DNA of 64,000 nt, taken from assembly GCA_001781335.1 (NCBI GenBank), contig MFLL01000001.1, forward strand, positions 25,626-89,625. The letters are read 5' to 3'. Positions within the stretch are counted from its first letter, which is position 1. Each line of letters starts with the position of its first letter. The notes beneath the pieces are model-generated. The model was not told where the DNA came from, searched no databases, and was given only the letters and a program-made list of their open reading frames with translations. Shown here one piece after another: positions 49,004 through 58,053 of this stretch. The position numbers and the translations under genes were made by a program. The DNA comes from Candidatus Kaiserbacteria bacterium RIFCSPHIGHO2_02_FULL_55_25 (GTDB lineage Bacteria > Patescibacteriota > Minisyncoccia > Phycocordibacterales > UBA2100).

Positions 49004-50167
49004 CTACGATTGGACCGGCTTACAGTACGCCGCCTGCACCCGCTGATACAAGAGCCGAGGCGTATAGCCGACGGGTCTGAGCCCTTGGATTGGAGCTACG
49101 CTACATTGCAACTGCTCCAGTCTGTCGGGTGTCCGCCACGCCATGAACGCGTCAAGTGCTTTCCGCCACCAATCACCGACATTTTCGAAGAAGGTGGCAA
49201 CGTCAGCAACCACAGCAACGATCGCCACGATGAACACCACCGTAGTGAAGTAGGCGACGACATAGTTCAGGAAGTTGAAGTCGTAGTCATTCTTCGCCAG
49301 GACGATTGTTGCAATGCCGAGCAGAATGACGTGAGGAAGCGGAGCAAGTAGTACAGCTCCGTTTTCGCCCACGGCGCGCTCCGTGCCGTCAGTCCTTCGC
49401 CCAATCCACGAGGTTTTGTTCTTCTTATGGTGCCACACTTCCACGAAGCTTTGAGTGAATGGGTGGACGATTGCCCCCCAGTCACACCGTAGCCCGCACA
49501 ACACGCCGTAAAACATCGCGGTGCCGAACCGGAACAGTGTCATCAGCACGAGCCATATTGCAACCGCCGTTGGTTGCAATAGAGGGAAGTACGCTATGAA
49601 CCGGCGCCGACGGATGGAGCAGGAGTTCTTCGCGTACGTCGGGAACAGCAAGTTGATCCACCATTCTTCGCGGGACGAGAGCACAGGAGCGAAAAAGTCT
49701 GCGGATACATTGATGGTCCGCTCGGCGAGGCCGAAACGCCTCAGTCCCATTGCGTGGCGACGTTTGTCGGTATGCCCGCCAACGAGGTCGTTCAGCGAGT
49801 AACGATATTGCCCGTATTGTCCGTCGAGCAACCACGATCGAATTTTCTTCGCTCGATGTTGTTTGCTCCAGACGACGCTGGCGCAGATCGTGTGCGTACC
49901 GCTCGCGTGGAACTGAATGAGCTCACGCTGGCTCGTAAGGTCGAAGACGTATCGCACTTCGTGCCCTTCAGGATTTTTAATCGACACCAACACGAGCGCA
50001 TTCTTGATGTCGTTGTCGCGCACAAAATCCAAGAAAGGCTTCGCCACGCACCACTGAAGGTACATGGTAGCGCTTGACGTCGTTTGCGTGTAGTCGTAAA
50101 GGAGCTGGAGCCCGATATTGGGCAATTTCATCTCTCTTCTCACGCGCTTCGATAGAGTCGCTGACAT
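49004..50167 (-). CDS. Hypothetical membrane protein
   Basis: 387-aa ORF with 3-4 C-terminal TM segments; no family recognised. Confidence 0.6.
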   Translation of the reverse strand: MSATLSKRVRREMKLPNIGLQLLYDYTQTTSSATMYLQWCVAKPFLDFVRDNDIKNALVLVSIKNPEGHEVRYVFDLTSQRELIQFHASGTHTICASVVWSKQHRAKKIRSWLLDGQYGQYRYSLNDLVGGHTDKRRHAMGLRRFGLAERTINVSADFFAPVLSSREEWWINLLFPTYAKNSCSIRRRRFIAYFPLLQPTAVAIWLVLMTLFRFGTAMFYGVLCGLRCDWGAIVHPFTQSFVEVWHHKKNKTSWIGRRTDGTERAVGENGAVLLAPLPHVILLGIATIVLAKNDYDFNFLNYVVAYFTTVVFIVAIVAVVADVATFFENVGDWWRKALDAFMAWRTPDRLEQLQCSVAPIQGLRPVGYTPRLLYQRVQAAYCKPVQS

Positions 50168-50249
50168 CTTGCAGTCCTTTCATGCTTATTGAACCACGGA
50201 CTTTATACAACATCTCGCTCGCAATGTCTAGTTATTTCCCGAGACAGCT

Positions 50250-50331
50250 TTACAGCCAATCAATGGGTTTTTTGTTGTGGGCCGCAAGATACTCGTTCGT
50301 TTTGCTGAATGGCTTGGAGCCGAAGAAGCCG
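50250..50331 (-). pseudogene. Duplicated 3' end of ung
   Basis: 72/82 nt to 50887-50968; [26 protein letters not shown]. Confidence 0.9.
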
Positions 50332-50481
50332 CTACTATTTGCTTATTCAATTGAATTAGCAAGTAAGCCTACCTCGTCGCCTTATCCTCGCCTTTCACTT
50401 GCTTTTCATACAGATAAGCGTAGAATGCACGGACAGTTGGCTTCGGCCTCGCCCCCGCAAGGGGGAAAGAGTAGAAAACCG

Positions 50482-50868
50482 CTAGAGCATCGCTTTGGCG
50501 GCTTTCTTTCTTAATGCATCGAAAGGTGCCTTGTCGAGAAAGCCAATGCGGTTCTGTAACCGACGTGTATCAACGACTCGCAATTGCGAAAGATTTGCTC
50601 GAGCCTCCTGGTCTTCAATTAATCCAACAGGTACGCGTAGCGCGTGTTTACGCAGAGACGTCGTGAGCGGCACTATCAAGCATGCATCGGGGCCGAATCC
50701 TCGCATGATTACACACGGGCGAACGTGCCACTCGCCTTTCCCATCTTGTTCTGTGCCAATGTTTACACCAAGTCGACACCACCAGACTTCGCGCACGGTA
50801 TACAAACGCGGTTGTTCGGCATTTGTTTTCTTCTTTACCTCGTTCCACCCATCAAAATCTTTTTCCAT
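50482..50868 (-). CDS. PemK/MazF-family toxin-like protein, no antitoxin seen
   Basis: KDFDGWN..KK, REVWWCRLG.NIG.EQDGKG...RPC, IVPLTT, SQLRVVDTRRL. Confidence 0.85.
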   Translation of the reverse strand: MEKDFDGWNEVKKKTNAEQPRLYTVREVWWCRLGVNIGTEQDGKGEWHVRPCVIMRGFGPDACLIVPLTTSLRKHALRVPVGLIEDQEARANLSQLRVVDTRRLQNRIGFLDKAPFDALRKKAAKAML

Positions 50869-50886
50869 TCGTGAGATTGTAACATC

Positions 50887-51567
50887 CTACAACCAATCAA
50901 TCGGTTTTTTGGAGTGGGCCGATAGATAGTCGTTGGTTTTGCTGAATGGCTTTGAGCCGAAGAAGCCGTTGTATGCTGAAAACGGCGACGGATGCGGCGA
51001 TTCAATGACGAAATGCTTTGCGCGGTCGATGTGCGCGCCTTTTGCTTTGGCGTAGTTGCCCCACAGGATAAAAACGAGATTCTCGCGCTCTTCGGAGAGT
51101 TTGCGAATGACCGCATCGGTGAATTGCTCCCACCCCTGCCCCTGATGCGAACCCGCTTTGCGCGCGCTCACCGTCAGAGTCGCATTGAGAAGAAGAACTC
51201 CTTGCTTGGACCAATGTTCGAGATTACCCTTCTTCGCCAAGGCTTCGAAGGGCAAAGAACAATCTGCTGAAAGTTCTTTGAATATATTCTGAAGCGACGG
51301 CGGCAAGCGCTGGCCTTCGCTCACCGCGAAACACAGACCGTTGGCCTGATTGGGACCGTGGTACGGGTCTTGGCCAAGTATTACCACTTGGATTTTGTCG
51401 AACGGGCATAGGTCGAACGCGCGGAAAATATTCTTGGGCGGCGGGTACACAATCCCATGCAAGTATTCGCTTTTTACAAATTCCCGCAGCATCTTGAAGT
51501 AATCCTTGCCGAATTCATCCTTCAGCACCGCTTTCCACGACGCCTCTATCTGTACCTCCTTTTCCAT
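50887..51567 (-). CDS. ung: Uracil-DNA glycosylase
   Basis: ILGQDPYHG, PPSLQNIFKE, QGVLLLNATLTV, HPSP. Confidence 0.98.
   Translation of the reverse strand: MEKEVQIEASWKAVLKDEFGKDYFKMLREFVKSEYLHGIVYPPPKNIFRAFDLCPFDKIQVVILGQDPYHGPNQANGLCFAVSEGQRLPPSLQNIFKELSADCSLPFEALAKKGNLEHWSKQGVLLLNATLTVSARKAGSHQGQGWEQFTDAVIRKLSEERENLVFILWGNYAKAKGAHIDRAKHFVIESPHPSPFSAYNGFFGSKPFSKTNDYLSAHSKKPIDWL
51227..51252 (-). repeat. In-frame palindrome-like element in ung (PFEALAKKG)
   Basis: CCCTTCGAAGCCTTGGCGAAGAAGGG; 20/26 to the recR element, core CGAAGCCTYGGCGAAG. Confidence 0.7.
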
Positions 51568-51576
51568 ACCCCCACT

Positions 51577-52431
51577 TTAGCCCGCGGTGAACGCAAGCGC
51601 GATAGCGGTGAGGACGGCAAGCGAGAGGCCGAATTTTTGATGCACCACAAGTCGTTCTTTATTAAAAAAGAGACCGAGTATCGCGGCGAGCGCAATGTAG
51701 CTCTCGGTGAGACCCGTCGCGAGACCGATGGGCATAAAAAGAGTCGCTGACGAATAGGCTACCCACGCAGTATTGTCGCTCACACTCACCGCAAGAATGA
51801 GTCCTTTATTTTTTCTCCAATTCGATAAGACCAAATGTCCCTGCCTCGTGTACAGGAGGTATGCGAGCGTCGAAACGGCCATAAAGGCGCTCGTAAACCA
51901 GTTTATCATCAGGGGGTCTGTCGCGCGCGACGCAAAGCCGAAGAGAAAGTTGCTGGCACCCATGCCGATGGTTGCGAGCACTGCAACGAGTACCCCCTTT
52001 TCCAGTGTCCGTATCCGCATACGACCGAAATGCTTATTAGAAACGAGAAAGATGCCGACGAGAAGCCCGACGATGAGCATCAGCTGTGTGCCCGTCATGA
52101 CTTCGCCGATGATAAACGTAGAGAGTGCGATGGTGATAGGAACTTCCATTGCATAGATGGGCTCCACGACCGAAATTTTGCCGACGCGCAGCGCATCAAA
52201 GTCGAGCAGACCGGCGGCAAGAATGACAACGCTCGTTCCAGTAAGTACCAGCCAGTCAAATGCGCTTAACCCCTCGAGTGCCTGATATACGAACGGGAAC
52301 AGTACGATGGCCGCAAAGGCGGTGATAAAGAAAAGAGCTTCCCAGTCGCCGAGCTTGCGGGCACTGCGCTGAATGAGAAAATCGCCGAATCCCCAACCCA
52401 CGATGGCGAGCCCCGCGAAGAGAATTCCCAT
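51577..52431 (-). CDS. DMT/EamA-family transporter
   Basis: About 10 TM segments in two repeats; WGFGDF, GKISVV.PI. Confidence 0.85.
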   Translation of the reverse strand: MGILFAGLAIVGWGFGDFLIQRSARKLGDWEALFFITAFAAIVLFPFVYQALEGLSAFDWLVLTGTSVVILAAGLLDFDALRVGKISVVEPIYAMEVPITIALSTFIIGEVMTGTQLMLIVGLLVGIFLVSNKHFGRMRIRTLEKGVLVAVLATIGMGASNFLFGFASRATDPLMINWFTSAFMAVSTLAYLLYTRQGHLVLSNWRKNKGLILAVSVSDNTAWVAYSSATLFMPIGLATGLTESYIALAAILGLFFNKERLVVHQKFGLSLAVLTAIALAFTAG

Positions 52432-52437
52432 GAGTGA

Positions 52438-52695
52438 TTACGCGAGCGCGCCCTCGCGCCGCAAAATCTCTTGTTTGCGCAGGGTGCCACCGCGGTTGTA
52501 ATCACCGAATCCCCCATCCGTGCGCACCACGCGGTGACACGGAATAGTATCGTCGTAATTCGTGCGCATAATCGCTCCCACGGCACGCGCCGCGAGCGGA
52601 TTCCCCGCATTGGTTGCAACCTCTTTGTACGTCATCGTCTTCCCTTCCGGAATCTTGCGGACAATATCGCGCACATTATCTGCAAACGTCTTCAT
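52438..52695 (-). CDS. MGMT/Ogt-family DNA alkyltransferase domain protein
   Basis: KIPEGKTMTY..VA...GNP.AARAVG, IPCHRVV. Confidence 0.9.
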   Translation of the reverse strand: MKTFADNVRDIVRKIPEGKTMTYKEVATNAGNPLAARAVGAIMRTNYDDTIPCHRVVRTDGGFGDYNRGGTLRKQEILRREGALA

Positions 52696-52753
52696 TCACG
52701 TATTATACCTCGTTATGTTTCGTGCCTCAGAGGTATCTGCATGAATTCGATGC

Positions 52754-52791
52754 GTACATTATAAGCGGCCGGTCGGCCGCTTATAATGTAC
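52754..52791. repeat. 38-bp palindrome with 18-bp perfect arms
   Basis: GTACATTATAAGCGGCCG-GT-CGGCCGCTTATAATGTAC. Confidence 0.85.
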
Positions 52792-52796
52792 CGGCT

Positions 52797-53588
52797 CTAC
52801 AAGCCGAGAGACTTGGTTTCTTTGCCTTTCTTCGCGAGCGCCAGCAGTTTCTTGCCGGCGAATTCACGATATCTGCAATAGTCACAATCCTCCGACGGCG
52901 CGGGAATCTCGTCGCTATCGAGACACTTCTTGATATCCATCAGCGTTCCCTCCACCCACGAATCGTCACCTTTGTGTGCGATAAGCGTCACCTCAAACTC
53001 AAGTCGTCCGTCAAATGATTTATTGTCTTTGCTCGCGTTGGCGTAGACGAAGTAGCCGGTATCCGAGACCTTGAAGCCGTTTTGGCGGAAGAGCCACTGA
53101 TACACCTCCATCTGATGCTTGTAGCCGTCGTGCCATTCCTGGTCCAGCGCTTCGATTTTTTCGTCTTTGCTCGTCGATTTGTAGTCCACAATCATCAATT
53201 CCCCCTTGGGGTTCACCCACACGTCATCTATCGCACCGGAGACAGTGAATCCCGTCGGCTCGTGTTTGAAATCAATGCCTTTGAAATTCTCGCGCCAGAT
53301 ATGCATCTTGGCGTGCTGAAATGGTACTGCGTCTACCCCATACTGCTCCATCAGCGGATGTGATGTTTTCCCCGCGCGATGAATATCAAATTCTTTTTTG
53401 AGGAGCGCATCGACGGCGGAGTTGAGGTTGAACGGATATCCTGGCGGACGTGCGGTGCCGAGCTTGTTGTCTACATAAAAACAGCGCGGGCAGTCCTGAA
53501 ACAGACCGATTTTTGACCTCGAAAGACGCCACTTATTGCCGCCGTAATTCCAGTCCGGCTTTCTGTCGGGTTTGTAGTACTGAGACAT
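52797..53588 (-). CDS. PD-(D/E)XK nuclease (RecB/Cas4-like)
   Basis: LSRSKI..F..CPRCFY, GAIDD, IVDYKST, Q...Y, C.YC. Confidence 0.85.
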   Translation of the reverse strand: MSQYYKPDRKPDWNYGGNKWRLSRSKIGLFQDCPRCFYVDNKLGTARPPGYPFNLNSAVDALLKKEFDIHRAGKTSHPLMEQYGVDAVPFQHAKMHIWRENFKGIDFKHEPTGFTVSGAIDDVWVNPKGELMIVDYKSTSKDEKIEALDQEWHDGYKHQMEVYQWLFRQNGFKVSDTGYFVYANASKDNKSFDGRLEFEVTLIAHKGDDSWVEGTLMDIKKCLDSDEIPAPSEDCDYCRYREFAGKKLLALAKKGKETKSLGL

Positions 53589-53634
53589 GGGGGAAGTATA
53601 CCCCATTAGATAGCTACGCATCTAACGGGACAGG

Positions 53635-54150
53635 TCACTGCGCCGTTGGAGTTACCGGAGGCGGAGTGCCGTTGGTATCGGGGTGATGCTCGACGAACCA
53701 GTGTTTAAACTTGTTCTCCACATACCACATGCCGGTGAACATAATGAGGGACAGGAGCGCCGCAAAGATGGATACCGAGTACATGCCGAAGCCCACTGCC
53801 ATACCGATGGCCGCGGTAATCCAAAGGCCGGCCGCCGTCGTTATGCCGTGCAATGATTCGCCGCGGAAAATGATGAGACCGCCGCCGAGGAATCCGATAC
53901 CCGTGATGATGGCCGCGGCGATAAAAGTCGGCTGAACGTCCGCAAGCCCCAAGAACGCGATATTTACATAGTTGCCTATGACCACGAAAAGACACGCGCC
54001 CAGCGCGACGAGACCGAAGGTGCGCGTGCCGGCGGGTTGGCGCGCAAGTATCGCGCGTTCGGTACCGATGACGCCGCCGAGGACTATTGCAAGCACGAGT
54101 TTGAAAAACATGATGCTCGTCGGGTCGATAAATTGCGCTGTAGTCTGCAT
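53635..54150 (-). CDS. MgtC/SapB-family membrane protein
   Basis: IGTER, AGTRTF.LVALGA, GIGFLGGG.I, GITTAA.LW. Confidence 0.9.
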   Translation of the reverse strand: MQTTAQFIDPTSIMFFKLVLAIVLGGVIGTERAILARQPAGTRTFGLVALGACLFVVIGNYVNIAFLGLADVQPTFIAAAIITGIGFLGGGLIIFRGESLHGITTAAGLWITAAIGMAVGFGMYSVSIFAALLSLIMFTGMWYVENKFKHWFVEHHPDTNGTPPPVTPTAQ

Positions 54151-54165
54151 ACGGGGATTATACGC

Positions 54166-54990
54166 TCAAATTGAGCACAATCGTTGAGCTTCTTCGAGTA
54201 CCTGTGGAATCTTGCCCGGCGCGACGCCATACTCGCGCAGTGTGTGCGGGTCCCGCACGCTTTTACACAACACGACCTTGTTCTCCAAAAGCCGCCGTTT
54301 CTCTCCTTCGGAAAGTGTGGTCAAGGCCGTGAGCGGATGCACTTTGCCCTCCTCTATCATCTGCATCAGCCCGCGCGTGCGCGGATAATCCCAGCCGATG
54401 ACGGTGAGATTGGAACAGCGGGCGTAGCGGATGGCGTTGCGCGTCAGTACCGTATTGGTAACGAGCCAGCCCTCGTCCACCCGCGAAGAAGCAAGCGGCG
54501 CCTGTCGAAGGTCGTCGTAACGGGCTTTCACATAGAGCGCGTCTTTGATGTCGGTCTTTCCGCCCGGCTCGTTGTGGAATTTGGCCTCGATGCCAACGCG
54601 CCTGCCGTCTTTCTCGGCTAGTACATCCACCTCGTGTGGAGCGCAACGGCCCATGAGCATCAAGTCGGTACGGACGCGCCAGCCGTGCGCACGCAACACC
54701 TCGGCAAGGAATTGTTCAAACGGAAATCCGGACGGCCCGAGCGCAAAAACCGCGCGCTTGACCGAATACCGCGCCGCGATAGGCGTGGCCTCGTTTTTCT
54801 TAAGCAACGCAAACGCTCGGCGGTAAATATCCTCGGTCGTCATGAGCGGCCGAAGTTCCTTGATGACCTCCGAGAGAATGTGTGCGCGCATGGTCGATGA
54901 GGCGCCGGCATGCGAAAGCGAGCGCTCGAGCTTCACCGGGTCAAACGGCTCCTGTTCTCCATCAGCTTTTGTTATGAAAATGTGCGGCAT
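54166..54990 (-). CDS. ATP-cone plus restriction-endonuclease-fold protein
   Basis: ITKADGEQEPFDP.KL (ATP-cone), GPSGFPFE, HEVDV..IEAKFH. Confidence 0.8.
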   Translation of the reverse strand: MPHIFITKADGEQEPFDPVKLERSLSHAGASSTMRAHILSEVIKELRPLMTTEDIYRRAFALLKKNEATPIAARYSVKRAVFALGPSGFPFEQFLAEVLRAHGWRVRTDLMLMGRCAPHEVDVLAEKDGRRVGIEAKFHNEPGGKTDIKDALYVKARYDDLRQAPLASSRVDEGWLVTNTVLTRNAIRYARCSNLTVIGWDYPRTRGLMQMIEEGKVHPLTALTTLSEGEKRRLLENKVVLCKSVRDPHTLREYGVAPGKIPQVLEEAQRLCSI

Positions 54991-54992
54991 GT

Positions 54993-55400
54993 TTAATTGC
55001 GCTGGATGACGGGAATCACCGCGAGCCGGAGCGGCTCACCGTCGAGCGAGCCGATGAATTGTATACCCGCGGCGGGCGCGAACACGACGACGCGAAACGA
55101 CCGCGGGGTATCTTCCCGTACACAAGCCACCGACGGCTCCTCCCAGCTCGTAAAAATAAGCTGGTATGTCGTGGTCGAAATTTGCACGGAGCGCTCGGAT
55201 ATCTGCGCGCAGGTGGACGGCGCCATGATGATACCCGATAGATAGTGCACACCCGGCTTCAGAGAATCGCGGATGAGGACGATGCGACTTTCATCAATCG
55301 CCTCTGCACGGATTGCACTCCCTGCCACGAGAAATACGGTGTAAGAAACCGCGCACGCGATAATAAAGAACCACACGAGGCGCACGAGCGCTTCTTTCAT
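54993..55400 (-). CDS. Hypothetical exported protein
   Basis: N-terminal TM and two Cys; lies between co-oriented genes. Confidence 0.6.
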   Translation of the reverse strand: MKEALVRLVWFFIIACAVSYTVFLVAGSAIRAEAIDESRIVLIRDSLKPGVHYLSGIIMAPSTCAQISERSVQISTTTYQLIFTSWEEPSVACVREDTPRSFRVVVFAPAAGIQFIGSLDGEPLRLAVIPVIQRN

Positions 55401-55459
55401 TAAGACTATTGTATCTCTTTTTTGAGCGCGACGACCAAACGCTATGCACATCCGCGGTA

Positions 55460-56590
55460 TCACTTCTCCGCAAAAGGCATCACTTTTTGTTTTTTGTCCT
55501 CTTTCGGCTTCGCCGCTGCGGGCACGGGAGCTGTGTTTTTTGCCAGTATGCCACCACCGAGACAGCGACCGCCGTCATACACAACGGCTGATTGCCCCGG
55601 AGAGATTACGTGCGGCTCGCCGAAGTCGACATACGCGCGCTTGCCTTCGCTGCGTAGCTTGATGGGAAGCGGCGTCTCCCGGTAGCGCATTTGTGCGGCA
55701 AGGCCGGTAAGGAACGACGGAGCGACTCCCGATATCCAATGCATGTCCAGCACAACGGTGCCCGCGCGCGCCGCGTCGGAACGGTTTGCCGACACTATCA
55801 CGATGTTGTTCTTGGTGTCGATACCGGTGACATAGTGCGGCGTCTTCGCCAACTGCTTCTTGGTGACGGTGAATCCGTGCCGCTGCCCGATAGTGTAGAG
55901 CGCGGCACCTTCGTGGACGCCGAGGATATGGCCCTTTTTGTCGGTCACGCGCCCCTCGGCAACAGTGATAAAGCGCTTCAGAAAATCGCGCATACTGACG
56001 TCGCCGACAAAACACAGGCCCTGACTGTCGGGCTTCTGCGCGACGGGAAGGGAGTGCGCTTTTGCATATGCGCGTACCTGTTTTTTTGTCATTGCGCCGA
56101 CGGGGAACGCGGAGCGCGAGAGGTCGCCCTGATTGAGTTGGTACAAAAAGTACGACTGGTCTTTGTCTTTGTCGACACCGCGCCACAGCTCGGGACCATG
56201 CTCGCCCTGTTTTATCTGCGCATAATGACCGGTCGCAACCACATCGGCACCCTCGGCGCGCGCCCATTTAGAGAACGCGCCGAACTTGATACTGCGATTG
56301 CACAGCACGTCGGGATTCGGTGTCTCGCCCGCGCTGTACGACGAAATCATTTTTGTGACGACCTCATTTTTGTACTCTTCGGACAAATCAATCTCTTTGA
56401 ACGGTATGCCGAGCGCTGCGGCAACGCGCATCGCATCGAGCCGGTCGCGCTGCCACGTGCACTCGATAAATTCCGGCTGCCAAATCTTTATGAAAACGCC
56501 CACAACCTTGTGCCCCTGTTCTTTGAGGAGCGCGGCACTCACCGCGCTATCCACTCCTCCCGAAAGCCCGACAAAAACCGTATGCGCCAT
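55460..56590 (-). CDS. mnmA: tRNA 2-thiouridylase MnmA
   Basis: SGGVDSAV, TPNPDVLCN, ATGHY, KDQSYFL, DSQGLCF, PGQSAV. Confidence 0.98.
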   Translation of the reverse strand: MAHTVFVGLSGGVDSAVSAALLKEQGHKVVGVFIKIWQPEFIECTWQRDRLDAMRVAAALGIPFKEIDLSEEYKNEVVTKMISSYSAGETPNPDVLCNRSIKFGAFSKWARAEGADVVATGHYAQIKQGEHGPELWRGVDKDKDQSYFLYQLNQGDLSRSAFPVGAMTKKQVRAYAKAHSLPVAQKPDSQGLCFVGDVSMRDFLKRFITVAEGRVTDKKGHILGVHEGAALYTIGQRHGFTVTKKQLAKTPHYVTGIDTKNNIVIVSANRSDAARAGTVVLDMHWISGVAPSFLTGLAAQMRYRETPLPIKLRSEGKRAYVDFGEPHVISPGQSAVVYDGGRCLGGGILAKNTAPVPAAAKPKEDKKQKVMPFAEK

Positions 56591-56644
56591 CGCACTACTA
56601 TATCAAAATTTACCAACGTACCGAGGTTTAATCTCATCATCTCG

Positions 56645-56665
56645 TGGCAAGGTAAGACCTTGCCA
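56645..56665. repeat. Palindrome upstream of RAYT-3
   Basis: TGGCAAGGT-AAG-ACCTTGCCA. Confidence 0.9.
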
Positions 56666-56688
56666 TTTTTGTGTTATGCTTTTTGCCT

Positions 56689-57381
56689 ATGGGCGATCGC
56701 ATCGTTTATTTCCAACCCGGAGAATGGTTCCACTGCTACAGTCGCGGTGTCGATAAAAGACGTGTATTTATATCAGCAAGCGATTATCAGCGTTTTCAGG
56801 CGCTGCTGTATGCATGTAACAATACTGATATGATTCACGTCAGTAATTACGGTCAAGGCTTTCGAAGTAAAAATCTTACTAATGTACTGAGTATTCCTCG
56901 GAGCGAATCGCTTGTTGACATCGGGGCATATAATCTGATGCCAAACCATTATCACCTTTTGTTGCGGGAACAGGTTGATGGTGGGGTGACTTCGTTCATG
57001 CGCAAAATCGGAACTGCGTACACCATGTACTTTAATATCAAGAACAAGCGCTCGGGTGCACTGTTCGAGGGTGCATTCAAAGCGAAACACGTTAAAACGG
57101 ATGCGTACTTCCGCAGAGTGTTCAATTACATTCAAGGCAATCATGCAGAACTTTCGGAGCCGCGATGGAAAGAAGGTGTCATCCAAAACGACCGGGCACT
57201 TATAGAGTCACTTCTCGCCTATCCATACTCGAGCCTTAAAGACTTCAACGGACCATCGAGACCAGAGCGCGCAATAGTTAACCGCAACTCGATACTCGAC
57301 ATCATTGACGAAATTCCGAACCCTAGAAAAATCCTTGAGGACGCTCGCATATTCGCTCGACTACACGAGGACGGCCTGTAA
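56689..57381 (+). mobile_element. RAYT-like Y1 HUH transposase (copy 3)
   Basis: WFHCYSRGVDKR, YNLMPNHYHLLL, YTMYFNIK..RSGALFEG.FKAK, NYIQGN, YPYSS. Confidence 0.9.
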
Positions 57382-57394
57382 CGCATCTACCTTA

Positions 57395-57415
57395 TGGCAA
57401 GGTCTTACCTTGCCA
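57395..57415. repeat. Palindrome downstream of RAYT-3
   Basis: TGGCAAGGT-CTT-ACCTTGCCA, exact reverse complement of 56645-56665. Confidence 0.9.
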
Positions 57416-57420
57416 TTTAC

Positions 57421-57487
57421 TGAGAAGCGCGGCTGACACCGCGCTGTCCACGCCACCGGAAAGTCCGACAAAAACCGTGTGTGCCAT
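57421..57487 (-). pseudogene. Duplicated 5' end of mnmA
   Basis: 56/67 nt to 56524-56590; identical peptide MAHTVFVGLSGGVDSAVSAALL. Confidence 0.92.
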
Positions 57488-57548
57488 TGCGTAAGGATAC
57501 TACAGTGGACAAAAGAATGAACCCCCGCGAGAGGCGAGGGTGTGTTGC

Positions 57549-57577
57549 TCATGAGCAAGGAAGACCCTTGCTCATGA
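57549..57577. repeat. Hairpin related to the RAYT-3 palindromes
   Basis: TCATGAGCAAGG-AAGAC-CCTTGCTCATGA. Confidence 0.6.
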
Positions 57578-57588
57578 TTTTGCGGAAA

Positions 57589-57996
57589 TCAGTTGTACGC
57601 CGCCGGCCTCACCTGCCCGCCGTCTTCTACTGGCAAATGTCGCGGATTGTCGAATCTTTTCGCTTGACCCTCGCCCCATGTCCCACAATAACCGGCGGCG
57701 TCGCCACAGTAACCCGCGTGCGTGTACGGAAACTGTCCGTCACCGTCACAGCAAATGCCGTGACCAGGGAAGATCGGGCGTCGGCAACAAGCGCATAATG
57801 TGCTGAATGTATTGAGATATTCGCTCGCACACACGGCACATTTTGTCGACTCTTCGAAAGTGCACTGAGTGCCGAGCACCGCTATTTCGAATGGCGACTG
57901 CCCATTGTGCCCGCACTCGAAGCGTTTCGTGTTCGGAACAACCGGCACAGGTGCCGCGGTTCCTCTAAACAGACGGACCAATCTTTGCAAAGCCAT
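57589..57996 (-). CDS. Cys-rich hypothetical protein
   Basis: GGGGAGG RBS; ECGH, KCAVC, CACC, ICC motifs. Confidence 0.6.
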   Translation of the reverse strand: MALQRLVRLFRGTAAPVPVVPNTKRFECGHNGQSPFEIAVLGTQCTFEESTKCAVCASEYLNTFSTLCACCRRPIFPGHGICCDGDGQFPYTHAGYCGDAAGYCGTWGEGQAKRFDNPRHLPVEDGGQVRPAAYN

Positions 57997-58053
57997 GACT
58001 GCCTCCCCTTTGGCGCTGGCTACATGGTTACACGACCATGTCGGCAAAGCAAC

